Assembly: GCA_009392915.1 (NCBI GenBank)
Contig: CP045477.1
Coordinates: 512,001 to 576,000, forward strand
Length of the DNA stretch: 64,000 bases
Direction: 5' to 3'
From: Candidatus Forterrea multitransposorum CG_2015-17_Forterrea_25_41
GTDB lineage: Archaea > Iainarchaeota > Iainarchaeia > Iainarchaeales > CSSED10-239
Made by a program: the position numbers and the translations under genes. Below the pieces are notes generated by a model that was given only the letters and a program-made list of their open reading frames with translations, made no database searches and had not been told where the DNA came from. Shown one piece after another: positions 40,516 to 50,994 of this stretch; positions within the stretch are counted from its first letter, which is position 1; the number at the start of each line of letters is the position of its first letter.

Positions 40516-40793
40516 ATATATTAAATTAATCCATTTATTTATAAATCTATTTAATTATATAAATTATTAAAATTAATATAAAATTTATTAATTAATTTAA
40601 TTTTATTTATAAGCTAATATATATTTCGAAAATCAGTATAATATTTATAAAAATACTACAAAAACTATATATTCTATAATAAATAACATTAAATCTCTTT
40701 TTAGGTATTAATAAAAATAAGAAAATAAATTATTTTTTTAAAGAAGGAATAATTTATTTTTCAAATTATTTATTTACATTTAGTATGTTTATT

Positions 40794-40964
40794 TTATTTT
40801 TTATGAGAAAATAAACCCCAAACTAAAAATATTACAAACAATACTACAAATATATAGAATAACACTAATGCAATGTTAGTTGCAACATCTGAAATTCTTC
40901 CAAAACCAAAAATTGCAGAAATTATTGCTATTACTAAAAATATAATTGCCCATCTAAGAAACAT
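40794..40964 (-). CDS. UPF0391/DUF1328 family small membrane protein
   Basis: 56 aa MFLRWAIIFLVIAIISAIFGFGRISDVATNIALVLFYIFVVLFVIFLVWGLFSHKK, hand-translated; matches DUF1328 consensus (M..RWAIIFL..ALIA..FGFGGIAG); below ORF-track cutoff. Confidence 0.55.
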   Translation of the reverse strand: MFLRWAIIFLVIAIISAIFGFGRISDVATNIALVLFYIFVVLFVIFLVWGLFSHKK

Positions 40965-41166
40965 ATAACATCACCTTCATATATTATAGTTGAAATATCT
41001 TATAAAGAGGTGTAATTAGCAGTTATACCTTAAATTACTAATATAAATGAATTAATAAATATAATTACTGAACATTTATTTATAAAAAACCTCTAAATAA
41101 AAATGTTTTGTTACTTAAATATATTATAACTAATTTTTTAAAAAAATAATTAATAAAGAAACACAT

Positions 41167-41913
41167 ATGCTTGAAATATATTTATACACACTAATCAGTA
41201 TCTTATTTGTAAGCCTAATATCATTAATAGGAATATTAACTTTATTTACAAATAAAAAACATCTCTCAAAAATGCTTTTATTCTTAATCAGTTTTTCTGC
41301 AGGTGCACTTTTAGGAGATGCATTTATACACTTAATACCAGAAAGCTTTGAAAGTTTTAATCCTCTAGTTATATCTTTTTCAATAATTGCAGGAATCTTA
41401 ATCTTCTTTATTCTAGAAAAAATAATACATTGGAGACACTGTCATATGCCAACTTCTAAAGAACACATTCACCCTTTAGGAAAAATGAACCTTATAGGAG
41501 ATATATTTCATAATTTTTTAGATGGTATTATTATAGCTACAAGTTATATTGTTTCAATTCCTTTAGGAATAGCAACAACAATTGCAGTTTTATTACACGA
41601 AATACCTCAAGAGATTGGAGATTTTGGTGTTTTGATATATGCAGGATATTCAAGAAAAAAAGCATTAATCCTTAATTTTTTAATATCTTTAACAGCAGTT
41701 ATTGGAGGAATCATAGGAATTGTTTTAAGTAAATATATTTCAGCTTTTTCAAGCATTATGATTGCATTTACTGCAGGTGGGTTTATTTATATTGGAGCAT
41801 CAGATTTAATACCTGAACTTAAGAAAGAAACAAGTATTAAAAAGACAACCATACAGATATTAGGTATAATATTAGGAATTGCTTTAATGGCATTATTAAT
41901 ATTTATGGAATGA
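41167..41913 (+). CDS. ZIP family metal (zinc) transporter, ZupT-like
   Basis: 248 aa, 8 TM; HEIPQEIGDFGVL metal-binding motif, HNFLDG. Confidence 0.8.
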   Translation: MLEIYLYTLISILFVSLISLIGILTLFTNKKHLSKMLLFLISFSAGALLGDAFIHLIPESFESFNPLVISFSIIAGILIFFILEKIIHWRHCHMPTSKEHIHPLGKMNLIGDIFHNFLDGIIIATSYIVSIPLGIATTIAVLLHEIPQEIGDFGVLIYAGYSRKKALILNFLISLTAVIGGIIGIVLSKYISAFSSIMIAFTAGGFIYIGASDLIPELKKETSIKKTTIQILGIILGIALMALLIFME

Positions 41914-41919
41914 TATTTT

Positions 41920-42441
41920 ATGGATAAAAAGACAGACAAATTATTATATAATATTGTAATATTTTTACTAATTTTTGCATTAGTAATAAGTATTGTATTT
42001 ACTTTTGAAAGATTATTTTTAGAAAAACCAATTAATGAGTGTAATAATGTTTATCAAAAAAACTACATGAATGATAAATGTGAATATGATCAAGAAAATG
42101 TTGATACTTGTTATGCAAAAGAAGGAACAGTAATTTATAAAAGTGATTGTTCTATTGAGTGTGATTATTGTTATAAAGAATATAATAATAAATTAGAAAA
42201 TTATAATAATAATGCAAATCTTTTAAGAATAATATTATCATTTATTATAGCATTATCTTTGACATTAATAAATATTAAAGATAAAATAATTAAATATGCT
42301 TTACTTTCAGGAAGTTTAGTTTCATTATTTGTTGCAACATTAATGGCAATGAAGTTTATTGGAAGTTTACTTCCAATTGTAATTATTCTTGAATTTATTT
42401 TAGTACTTATAATTTATAAAAAAACAAAAGAGGAGAAATAA
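41920..42441 (+). CDS. hypothetical membrane protein with Cys-rich extracytoplasmic segment
   Basis: 173 aa; CxYDQENVDTCY...CSIECDYCY. Confidence 0.45.
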   Translation: MDKKTDKLLYNIVIFLLIFALVISIVFTFERLFLEKPINECNNVYQKNYMNDKCEYDQENVDTCYAKEGTVIYKSDCSIECDYCYKEYNNKLENYNNNANLLRIILSFIIALSLTLINIKDKIIKYALLSGSLVSLFVATLMAMKFIGSLLPIVIILEFILVLIIYKKTKEEK

Positions 42442-42442
42442 T

Positions 42443-42655
42443 ATGAGTGATAAAAAAACATCAGTTGAAATTGCTGGAACAGTTGGAGCATTTACTGTTG
42501 CAATTGCTGCAATTATTGTAATATTTGCAAGAGAATATTCTTGGGTAATAATATTTACAACATTAATTCTTTGTTTCTTTGGTATTGTTATGGCAAAAGA
42601 AAAAAATATTAACAATACTGAAAAACCAATTCAGAAAAAGAAAAAATCTAAATGA
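42443..42655 (+). CDS. hypothetical small membrane protein
   Basis: 70 aa, two TM helices, basic tail. Confidence 0.35.
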   Translation: MSDKKTSVEIAGTVGAFTVAIAAIIVIFAREYSWVIIFTTLILCFFGIVMAKEKNINNTEKPIQKKKKSK

Positions 42656-43370
42656 TTAGTTTGGCTCTATTTTCTCTGAGCCATTTACTTTTTTCTTTAT
42701 GATCTGGAACAAATTTTTCAACTAATTTCCAGAATCTCTTAGAATGATTATGATGAATAGTGTGACAAAGTTCATGAATAATCACATAATCAATCACATC
42801 TTTTCTTGCAAGCAAAAGAGAAGTTGAAAAAACTAGTTTTTTATCATAAGAACAAGAACCAAACTTTGAAATATTGTTCTTTAAAGAAATAGATTTAATA
42901 TTTTGCTTAAAATAAAGATCATTAAAGAAGTTAACTTTATCTTTAAGTAAAGGTAAAAGTTCTTTTGAAAGAATTTTTCCAATTAACTTTGAAATTATTT
43001 TATCTTCATTTAAAAGATTATCTGGAATCTTTAAAATAATTTGGTTCTCTTTAATTTTTGCAAGAGAAGTTTTTCTGTTTTCTTTTTGAATTGTTAATAT
43101 ATATTTTCTATCAAAAATTTCAATAATCTCACCAGAAACATATTTCCTTGAAGAAATTGGAGCATATTTTTCAGGATCTTTTTTTAAATAATCAATCAAT
43201 TTTAATTTCATATTATTTATCTGCTCTTCTCTTGCCTTTTCTGAAAAAAACTTAGGGACCCTTATGTTTATGTTCCTACCAATAGACATATATGTTGATC
43301 TTCTTCTTTCAACATATATTTTTAATAAATATTCTTTATTATTAAAAATTAGTTTTTCTTCTCTTAACAT
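42648..43370 (-). CDS. YgjP-like (DUF45/M48-type) metal-dependent hydrolase
   Basis: 240 aa; C-terminal DYVIIHELCHTIHHNHSKRFW (HExxH zinc motif typical of YgjP/UTP pyrophosphatase family). Confidence 0.7.
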   Translation of the reverse strand: MLREEKLIFNNKEYLLKIYVERRRSTYMSIGRNINIRVPKFFSEKAREEQINNMKLKLIDYLKKDPEKYAPISSRKYVSGEIIEIFDRKYILTIQKENRKTSLAKIKENQIILKIPDNLLNEDKIISKLIGKILSKELLPLLKDKVNFFNDLYFKQNIKSISLKNNISKFGSCSYDKKLVFSTSLLLARKDVIDYVIIHELCHTIHHNHSKRFWKLVEKFVPDHKEKSKWLRENRAKLII

Positions 43371-43447
43371 ATTTAAAACAATCTTTCTATTTTAAAAAGA
43401 ATATGCTACAAATATTTTATATAGATATCTTAAAAAAAAGAATAATT

Positions 43448-44779
43448 ATGGAAAATATAATAGATAGAGTAAAACCTTTAAATAACTTTAAAGAAATAAA
43501 AGATAAACAAGAGATTGTTTACTGGATGACAAGAGAACAAAGAGTTGAAGATAACTACTCTCTTTTATTTGCAGACTATCTTTCAAAAAAACATAACTGT
43601 AAACTAAAAGTAATATTTACTTTAGTAGAAAAGTTTCTAGAATCACAAGAAAAACAATTTATCTTTATGCTTGAAGGTTTAAAAGAAGTTGAAGAAAAGC
43701 TTAATAACCTAGGAATTGAATTTATTATTTTAAAAGGAAAAGAACCTTTTAAAGAAATAACAAATTATATTAATAAAAATAAAATATCTGCACTAGTTAC
43801 AGATTTAGATCCATTAAAAATAAAGGTTAAATGGAGAGAAGAAGTATTAAAAGAAATAAAAATACCTTTTTTTATGGTAGATTCACATAATATAGTGCCT
43901 ATTGAAATTGCATCTAAAAAACAAGAGTATGCAGCATATACTCTAAGACCAAAAATTAATCATTTACTTGGAAGTTATTTAAAAGAAATTCCAAAGATTA
44001 AAAAAAGAGAACAAAAAACAGATTATAAAAATGATTTTAAAAAATTAATTAAAGAAAAACAAGATTATTCTTTTATTTCTGGAGAAAAAGCTTCTAGAAA
44101 AATATTAAAAGACTTTATTGAAAATAAACTTAACGATTATTCAACATTAAGAAACGATCCTTCAAGAAACTTTCAATCAAATCTTTCACCTTATCTTCAT
44201 TTTGGACAAATTTCTTCACAAAGAATAGCTTTAGAAGTTTTAAAATCAGAAAAAAACGAAGAAAGTAAGAAAGCTTTTTTAGAAGAACTAATTGTTAGAA
44301 AAGAATTGTCTGATAATTATTGTTATTATAACAAAGATTATGATAACTATAATGGTTTTCCTGATTGGGCAAAAAGAACTATAGAAGAACATAAGGATGA
44401 TAAAAGAGAATATCTCTATTCACTTAAAGAACTACAAGACTCTAAAACACATGACATCTTATGGAATTCATGTCAAAAAGAAATGGTATTGACAGGTAAA
44501 ATGCATGGTTACCTAAGAATGTATTGGGCAAAAAAGATTTTAGAATGGACAAAAGATATTAAAGAAGCTCAAGAATTTGCAATATTTTTAAATGATAAAT
44601 ATAGTTTAGATGGAAGAGATGCTAATGGATATACAGGGATTGCTTGGTCTCTTGGCGGGGTACATGATAGAGCATGGAATGAAAGAAGTATTTTTGGAAA
44701 AATAAGATTTATGAGTTTTAATTCAACTTCTAAAAAATTTAATCTTAAAGGATATTTAGAAAAAATAGAAAAAATATAG
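43448..44779 (+). CDS. phr: deoxyribodipyrimidine photolyase, class II CPD type
   Basis: VYWMTREQRVEDNYSL N-terminal signature of class II photolyases; about 445 aa; ORF open from 43403, Met at 43448 preferred. Confidence 0.85.
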   Translation: MENIIDRVKPLNNFKEIKDKQEIVYWMTREQRVEDNYSLLFADYLSKKHNCKLKVIFTLVEKFLESQEKQFIFMLEGLKEVEEKLNNLGIEFIILKGKEPFKEITNYINKNKISALVTDLDPLKIKVKWREEVLKEIKIPFFMVDSHNIVPIEIASKKQEYAAYTLRPKINHLLGSYLKEIPKIKKREQKTDYKNDFKKLIKEKQDYSFISGEKASRKILKDFIENKLNDYSTLRNDPSRNFQSNLSPYLHFGQISSQRIALEVLKSEKNEESKKAFLEELIVRKELSDNYCYYNKDYDNYNGFPDWAKRTIEEHKDDKREYLYSLKELQDSKTHDILWNSCQKEMVLTGKMHGYLRMYWAKKILEWTKDIKEAQEFAIFLNDKYSLDGRDANGYTGIAWSLGGVHDRAWNERSIFGKIRFMSFNSTSKKFNLKGYLEKIEKI

Positions 44780-44801
44780 TTTTTAAAAAAAAATAAAAAA
44801 A

Positions 44802-45488
44802 CTATTCGTATTCAAGCATAAAATAATCTCCTTCACAAGAATTATTAACCATATCTCCTGTTGAAGAACAAACTGTACTATTATCATCTAAATAAAAACA
44901 ATCAACTGAACCATTAAAAGTATTAGTGTCTTTTTTATCAAGATAATCTAAAAGAGATTGAGGTGTTTCAAAATAACAAGTACCTTCAGTTCCAATATCT
45001 TCTTTTGAAACCATACTTTCATTAAAATCATTTTCACCTATAATTTCAATATTTATATCATAAAGAGAAAGATTTACTTTACAATAGATATATTCAATAC
45101 CATTTATTGTATATTCTGTAGTTCTTGTAAAAGATTTATTTTCAGTAGTTATTACATCTGTAAATAAAAATCTTGATCCTGATTTACATTCTGCAGCATA
45201 TTGTTTAAAACAATTTAAGTTTGTTCCACAATTTTCTGGATTTTCAATTTCTATAATTTCAATAATATTTAAATCTTCTGGAGAAACAATATTTTCATCT
45301 TCTAAAAGATTAGAATCAATATTTAAATCTATTAAATCATCTTCTAAAGAATTATTAATAGAGTCTTTATTTGTTTTTACAAAAACAAAAAGCACTATTA
45401 ATACTAAAATAATTACAATTATAATTATATATAACCATAAAAATTTTGATTTTTTAGATACTTTCTCTAAAGTAGTATTTTCATCCAT
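44802..45488 (-). CDS. hypothetical membrane-anchored Cys-rich extracytoplasmic protein
   Basis: 228 aa; TM near N-terminus, 9 Cys. Confidence 0.45.
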   Translation of the reverse strand: MDENTTLEKVSKKSKFLWLYIIIIVIILVLIVLFVFVKTNKDSINNSLEDDLIDLNIDSNLLEDENIVSPEDLNIIEIIEIENPENCGTNLNCFKQYAAECKSGSRFLFTDVITTENKSFTRTTEYTINGIEYIYCKVNLSLYDINIEIIGENDFNESMVSKEDIGTEGTCYFETPQSLLDYLDKKDTNTFNGSVDCFYLDDNSTVCSSTGDMVNNSCEGDYFMLEYE

Positions 45489-45544
45489 AATTAATCAAAT
45501 AATATATATTATAAGATATTTATACACACATAACATTTAAAAAC

Positions 45545-46675
45545 TTATATTTTATGAGTATATACTTTATTAATATAATTATAGATTATTTTTGATTTAG
45601 AAGAATCTATTCCTTGTATTTTTGAAATATCAGATAAATTTAAACTTTTAATAGTTTTTAATGAATTTTGAGAATTAATTAAACTATTAATAGTTTTTTC
45701 ATCTATTTCTGTTATTTTAGAAAAAAATCTATAACCTCTAGGGAAATCAAATTCTTTTTGAGAAGTAAAATTTGAAAGTTCTAAGATATCTATTAACTTT
45801 TCTGTATCTGCAATTTTTCTAATACCTAGTTGTTTTAGAAAATTTATTTTTTCTAAACATTCTTCTTTTAGATATATATTGTTAGAATAATCTTTTAAAA
45901 TTAAATATAATTCTTCTTCAAGACCATATGTAATTTCATAAAAAGAATTAGAAATATCTTGACCTTGAGAACCAAGCTCTACTATTAAATCATCAACTTG
46001 AGTTTCATTTTTGAAAAAATATAAAATATTCTGTATTAAATCTAAAACTTCTGTTTTTAGATTATTTGATAAAATAATTTCTAAATCATATAAATTTTTA
46101 ATTTTTTTATCAATCTTTGATCTAAAATCTTTTAAATTGTTAATTGCATAACTTGCTTTTACCATTAAAATATTAAAATCTTGTAAAACATATTTTTGAT
46201 CTTTATAATAAAGAGAAATAACATTTCTTCTATGTGAAATTGCAATAACAGGTAAATCAGATTGCATTGCTGTTTGTTCAGCTGATCGATGTCTCATTCC
46301 TGTCTCTTTTGAAGAAATATCTCTATCTGGCATTAAATGTTTATTTGCACCTACAATCTTTGTTAAATCATTTGAAAGAACTATAGCTCCATCCATTTTT
46401 GAAAGTTCAAAAAGCTTTTGAGAAGAAAAAGGAATATCTAAATCAATTCCTCCTTTTAAAATAGGTTTTAACTTATCTGAATCACCTAAAACTATTAAAG
46501 CACCTAAGTTACCATGTAAAATTTCATCCAAACCACTCCTTAATTCTGTTCCAGGAGTTACAAGAGGGAGTATTTTAGTAATATCAATAACATCATTTTC
46601 ATGTATTTGACTGATTAATTTTGATTGAAAATCTTCTTCTTGAATAAAAACTTTTTTTTTTGGTCTTGTAGGCAT
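45545..46675 (-). CDS. disA: DisA-like diadenylate cyclase (DAC domain + linker + C-terminal HhH)
   Basis: GALIVLGD, MDGAIVL, GMRHRSAEQTA (DAC motifs DGA, RHR); C-terminal LSDISKIQGIDSSKSKIIYNYI HhH; 376 aa like bacterial DisA. Confidence 0.8.
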   Translation of the reverse strand: MPTRPKKKVFIQEEDFQSKLISQIHENDVIDITKILPLVTPGTELRSGLDEILHGNLGALIVLGDSDKLKPILKGGIDLDIPFSSQKLFELSKMDGAIVLSNDLTKIVGANKHLMPDRDISSKETGMRHRSAEQTAMQSDLPVIAISHRRNVISLYYKDQKYVLQDFNILMVKASYAINNLKDFRSKIDKKIKNLYDLEIILSNNLKTEVLDLIQNILYFFKNETQVDDLIVELGSQGQDISNSFYEITYGLEEELYLILKDYSNNIYLKEECLEKINFLKQLGIRKIADTEKLIDILELSNFTSQKEFDFPRGYRFFSKITEIDEKTINSLINSQNSLKTIKSLNLSDISKIQGIDSSKSKIIYNYINKVYTHKI

Positions 46676-46851
46676 AATAATCTTTTCCTTTTTTTATAAA
46701 AATAGTCAATTTATAAATCTATGATATTATAGTTATACAAATTGTTTATAAAGATAATGTGTTAGAATAACTTTGTTTTATGGTAAAATATTTAAAAAAT
46801 AATATTTTTAAATGAATTGGATAAATATAAAAATATTAACCGGTGTAAAAA

Positions 46852-47223
46852 ATGAAAATATTAATCTTTTCTGAAAAAGAGTTTTTTAAAGAACTTGGAC
46901 CAATAAGGCATTCTCTTACAAAGCATACTGGTATTTTTCAAACAACAGAGATTGGTAGGATTAACAAAGGGCTTTGTAAAGAGAAGATCATCCTTGATAA
47001 AGATATACAATTACTAAAAGAAGTAAATGCACTCTTAGTCTGTAACTTTAAGAAAGGAAAAGAAGAAAACCATGTTGGAGCTAATTCTTTATTAATTATG
47101 GCAATTGCCTATTCTCTTGGAAAAAAGATATATTTATTAGATGATATCCCTAATAAATATGTAGAAACATTAAAAAGTTTAGAAGTTAATCCTCTTAAGG
47201 GAGATTTAAAAAAAATAATGTGA
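46852..47223 (+). CDS. hypothetical protein
   Basis: 123 aa ORF. Confidence 0.4.
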   Translation: MKILIFSEKEFFKELGPIRHSLTKHTGIFQTTEIGRINKGLCKEKIILDKDIQLLKEVNALLVCNFKKGKEENHVGANSLLIMAIAYSLGKKIYLLDDIPNKYVETLKSLEVNPLKGDLKKIM

Positions 47224-47230
47224 AATATTT

Positions 47231-47857
47231 ATGATAAAACTAATAGCATTTGATTTTTGGGGAACTTTAGCAATTAAAAGAAATCCTTTTTTTCATTTTT
47301 CAGAAGAAATAAAAAAAGAATTTGAAATTAATTTATCTAAAGAAAAAATAAGTACACTTTATCAAGAAACAGTACAAATTAAATATTGGGAAAGCCAAGC
47401 AGATGCTTTTACAGAATTTGCAAGAAGACTTAAAATTTCTCCAACAAAAGATAATATTGTAAAATTAATTGGTATTAGAAATAAATCTGAAGATGGAATA
47501 TTAGTTTTTGATTTTGTAATACCATTACTTAAAAAACTAAGAGAAAAAAGATATAAAATAGCAATTGTTTCTAATTGTTCAATGTTTACTTATCAAACTA
47601 TTAAAAAAGAAACTAATCTTTTAAAATATATAGATTATGAGCATTTTTCATTTCAAGCAGGATACACAAAACCAAATCCACAGATCTATTTAGAGCTTCA
47701 AAGAAAAGCCAAGGTATTTAATAATGAGATGATAATGATTGGAGATGATTTTGAAAATGATTTTAAAGCTCCTAAAAAACTTGGAATAAATGCTATAATG
47801 TTTAAGACTTATGAAGATCTTTTAATCGAATTTAAAAAATATAATATTGAGTTATAA
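47231..47857 (+). CDS. HAD superfamily hydrolase
   Basis: N-terminal motif I FDFWGTL, motif IVSNCS, C-terminal GDDFENDFKAP (motif IV). Confidence 0.7.
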   Translation: MIKLIAFDFWGTLAIKRNPFFHFSEEIKKEFEINLSKEKISTLYQETVQIKYWESQADAFTEFARRLKISPTKDNIVKLIGIRNKSEDGILVFDFVIPLLKKLREKRYKIAIVSNCSMFTYQTIKKETNLLKYIDYEHFSFQAGYTKPNPQIYLELQRKAKVFNNEMIMIGDDFENDFKAPKKLGINAIMFKTYEDLLIEFKKYNIEL

Positions 47858-47905
47858 GACTTTTTAGTAAAAATATTTTTACAACTCAATTTTTATTTTA
47901 GAAAA

Positions 47906-48175
47906 CTATTTTTTAAAAACTTTCATACATGGAATAATTGCAAAAAATACAAATAATATTAGATAAGCATACCATTCAAGAGAAAGGATATTAGGACATA
48001 ATTTTGCAAGCATTAATGTAAAAAATAAAACACTTAATTTTATTAAAGCAATGTCTGTCCATTTCATATTTTTTATTTTTTTATTTAATATTTTAAAACA
48101 CATAAAAACACCTCTTTTTATAATTAAAGATACAGATAATGTATTTTTAAATATATTTAAAATAAGAAATCTCAT
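47906..48175 (-). CDS. hypothetical small membrane protein translationally coupled to radical SAM gene
   Basis: 89 aa, start overlaps stop of upstream rSAM gene; 2 TM, 3 Cys. Confidence 0.4.
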   Translation of the reverse strand: MRFLILNIFKNTLSVSLIIKRGVFMCFKILNKKIKNMKWTDIALIKLSVLFFTLMLAKLCPNILSLEWYAYLILFVFFAIIPCMKVFKK

Positions 48176-49216
48176 TAAAAATGAGATTTCTCTTTAGATA
48201 AAATATAATCTAATCTTATTTTATTAGCTTCTTGAACATATTTTTTGTAATTTTGATCAGGCATTCTACTATGACTAAAACCACAAGTATAACATTCTTT
48301 TTTATGACCTGTTAAAACATCTTTGTTTTTAACTAATGCTTTTTCCCAATCTTTTGCAAAAGAATCATTTAAAATATTCCCTATAATTGTGTTAATTGTC
48401 CAACAAGTATAAACTTCACCTTTTGGAGAAATTAAAAGATCTTTACAATAACTATAACAAGGGACTATAATTTTTTCTTTTTTAAAATATTTTTTAATTA
48501 ACTCAATTCTTTCCTTACTTGTAATCTCTATATTATATTTGTTCGCAAGAGAAACTACTTTATCTATAGATGAAAGATCAATATTGAACTTATAGTTAGA
48601 ATTATTTCCAACACCATATATTTGAACAGGATCAAAGTCTATGAAAACTCCACCTAGTTCTTTAGATAACTCGACAATACTTTCAAGAGTAGAAATATTT
48701 TCATTTAAGATTGTACAATCAATCTCTATGTTTGGATGTTTATCTTTACTAATTATTTTTTTTAAACCCTCTACTGCTGAATTAAAAATTCCTGGGTAAA
48801 TTTCTGATTTTATCATGAATCTCAGGAAATCCAGAATCTATTGAAACAACAAGATTATCTACAAAATTAGAAACAACATCTACATGGTTGTTTAAAAGAG
48901 AACCATTTGTAATAATTTGTACCTTTAAATTTTTATTTTTTGCATGTATTATTAAATCATCAATATTTGGATGAAGCAATGGCTCTCCTCCCCATAAAGT
49001 TACCCATTTAAAATTAAGATCAGATAATTTATTTATTATTGAAAGAAGAGTTTCTTTTTCACCCATATAAGGATTTTTCCATATATTACACATAACACAT
49101 TTAGCATTACATGCAAAATTTACCTGCAGATAAGCATCTGTAGGAATTGAATTATTTTTTGCATTTTCAACATATAATTTCATTTTATCATATTTACTAC
49201 TTTCATTCATTTGCAT
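48175..49216 (-). pseudogene. radical SAM protein with SPASM/twitch-like C-terminal Cys cluster, interrupted by a frameshift near 48790-48816
   Basis: N part: CNAKCVMC (Cx3Cx2C), GGEPLL, ITNG; frame breaks at ...IHDKIRNLPRNF* while other frame continues PGIFNSAVEGLKKI...; C part has CYSYC...C and CYTCGFSH clusters. Confidence 0.6.
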
Positions 49217-49470
49217 ATTTTATCACCAATATATTTTTTTATAAATATTAAACCTATTTATGCTTAATCTATAAAAATAAATAGAACAATTATAAACAAT
49301 AAATAGATTTTTTAAAAAAAGAAAAATCTATTGGTGCCGTCTCACGAATACATGACTAGAGTTTACAAAAATAGTTTTATTTTTAATCATATATATCGCC
49401 TTAAAATTATATTAATAGCAAATATTTAAAAATAGTAGTATTTGATAAAAAGTTAATTTTATTAAAAAAA

Positions 49471-50289
49471 TTATTTTTCAAACCAATAAGGAGTCTTTTT
49501 ATTCCAACCAGTAACTTCTCTTATTTTTTTAGAACCGTTTTCTTCTTTTAAAAGTCTTTGATAAAAGTTAATAGAGGTAAGTATCTGAGAATCTAGAAAA
49601 TTAGAATGTTCTTCTTTCCAAATTTTAAAAGAATTATCTTTCATAAAGAACACCCATTTTTCAATAAAATCAATATGACTTTTATCTCTTTTAGTAGAGT
49701 ATACAAAAGAAGAATTATCTTTTAAACTATTATAAAGATGTTTATCTATCATTAATTTAATTTTTTTAATTTCCTCTAGACTAAGAACCTCTTTATACAA
49801 TAATCTTAGATGCAAAGCATCTTCATAGTCTTTATCACTTGAAAGATAATGTTCTTTATAAGCTATAGTTGATTCAATAGATGCAAAATAAATATCTAAA
49901 CCAGTTAAAGAAAGTTTAGTTCTTTTAAGTAAAGTATATTTATCAACTTCTGTTTTTACAAACTTAAGTTCAATGTTAGGAAGTATTGTTCCCTTATAAA
50001 CAAACCTTATAGATTCTTTTTTTATTAAATAATTATTATATATTTCTAAAGCATCATCAGATTGTATACACTCAAAATTAGAAGCATAAATATCTTCTAA
50101 AAATTTAAGAAATAAAGAAAAAGGTATTTTGTCAATAATAATATCTATGTCTTCAGTACCTCTTACTCTTCCGTTTGAAATTGCAACATAACCAGAGACG
50201 ATTACATATTTTGTATATTTTTCTAAAATCGAGGTAAACTCTATTACAAACTTGTCTAAGATGTTTCTATCAGATACAAGATTAATCAT
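49471..50289 (-). CDS. nucleotidyltransferase-fold protein (minimal NTase/Lnu-like)
   Basis: VIVSGYVAISNGRVRGTEDIDIIID matches G[SG]x(9-13)DhDh NTase motif; 272 aa. Confidence 0.5.
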   Translation of the reverse strand: MINLVSDRNILDKFVIEFTSILEKYTKYVIVSGYVAISNGRVRGTEDIDIIIDKIPFSLFLKFLEDIYASNFECIQSDDALEIYNNYLIKKESIRFVYKGTILPNIELKFVKTEVDKYTLLKRTKLSLTGLDIYFASIESTIAYKEHYLSSDKDYEDALHLRLLYKEVLSLEEIKKIKLMIDKHLYNSLKDNSSFVYSTKRDKSHIDFIEKWVFFMKDNSFKIWKEEHSNFLDSQILTSINFYQRLLKEENGSKKIREVTGWNKKTPYWFEK

Positions 50290-50361
50290 AAATAATAATA
50301 TTTAGTTGAAAAGGGTTTTTAACTCTTTTTAAAGAGAGAGTACTTGGCCGAGAAACAATAA

Positions 50362-50928
50362 CTAATAATCATGCCCTGGGCAAAGAATCTCTATATCTAA
50401 ATCTTTTAACTTGTTTAAAGAAGAAGACATTTCTTTTGGTGAAGAAAAAGGAAGATCCATTCTTCCTATGTTATCTCTAAAGAAAAGAGTATCTCCAGAA
50501 AAAAGAATTTTTCTTTTTTTATCATATATACAAATTGAGCCTTTAGAGTGACCGGGTGTATCTATTACCTCTAAATAATCTGGAAGAGATAAAGAAGAAA
50601 TATCTTTTACATCAATATTAAATTTATCTGCGAGAGGTTTAAGTAAAATTGCTTTATATTTATCTTCTTCTAAAGAATCAACTGAATCCTTAGAAGCATA
50701 AAAAGAAGCATTTGTAAAAAGATGAAAGTTTCCTACATGATCATAGTGCATGTGTGTGAAGATAACTGTTTTAACTTCTTCTAAAGGAATTATTTTTGAT
50801 AAATCTTGTTTTATCATAAGCTCATCTGTAGGATAACCTGTATCAATCAAGAGGTTTTCTTCCTTTAAAAAATAAAGATTAGATTCTCCTGTAATTTTAA
50901 AAACATCTTTATAAATTTCTTCAATCAT
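50362..50928 (-). CDS. MBL-fold metallo-hydrolase
   Basis: THMHYDHVGN (HxHxDH), downstream GHS and GD, PGHD motifs. Confidence 0.8.
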   Translation of the reverse strand: MIEEIYKDVFKITGESNLYFLKEENLLIDTGYPTDELMIKQDLSKIIPLEEVKTVIFTHMHYDHVGNFHLFTNASFYASKDSVDSLEEDKYKAILLKPLADKFNIDVKDISSLSLPDYLEVIDTPGHSKGSICIYDKKRKILFSGDTLFFRDNIGRMDLPFSSPKEMSSSLNKLKDLDIEILCPGHDY

Positions 50929-50994
50929 AAAAATTCATTTTTAAGTGTCCAACAAACATAGTTTTTAATATTAAAAAACCTTTTTCTAAAAAAT

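Noticed and set aside
40516-41166. Search for a casposon right end or TIR copy in this intergenic region (alternative element boundary)
   Set aside because: No match to the left-end gggttata...tttttgtacg sequence; the only compelling TIR/TSD pair is at 37017-37087.
49321-49395. Moderately GC-rich patch upstream of the radical SAM gene containing a 20-codon ORF (MIKNKTIFVNSSHVFVRRHQ, 49328-49390, minus) as a possible precursor peptide
   Set aside because: Too short, no Cys or Ser/Thr-rich core, no recognisable leader motif; cannot be supported from sequence alone.
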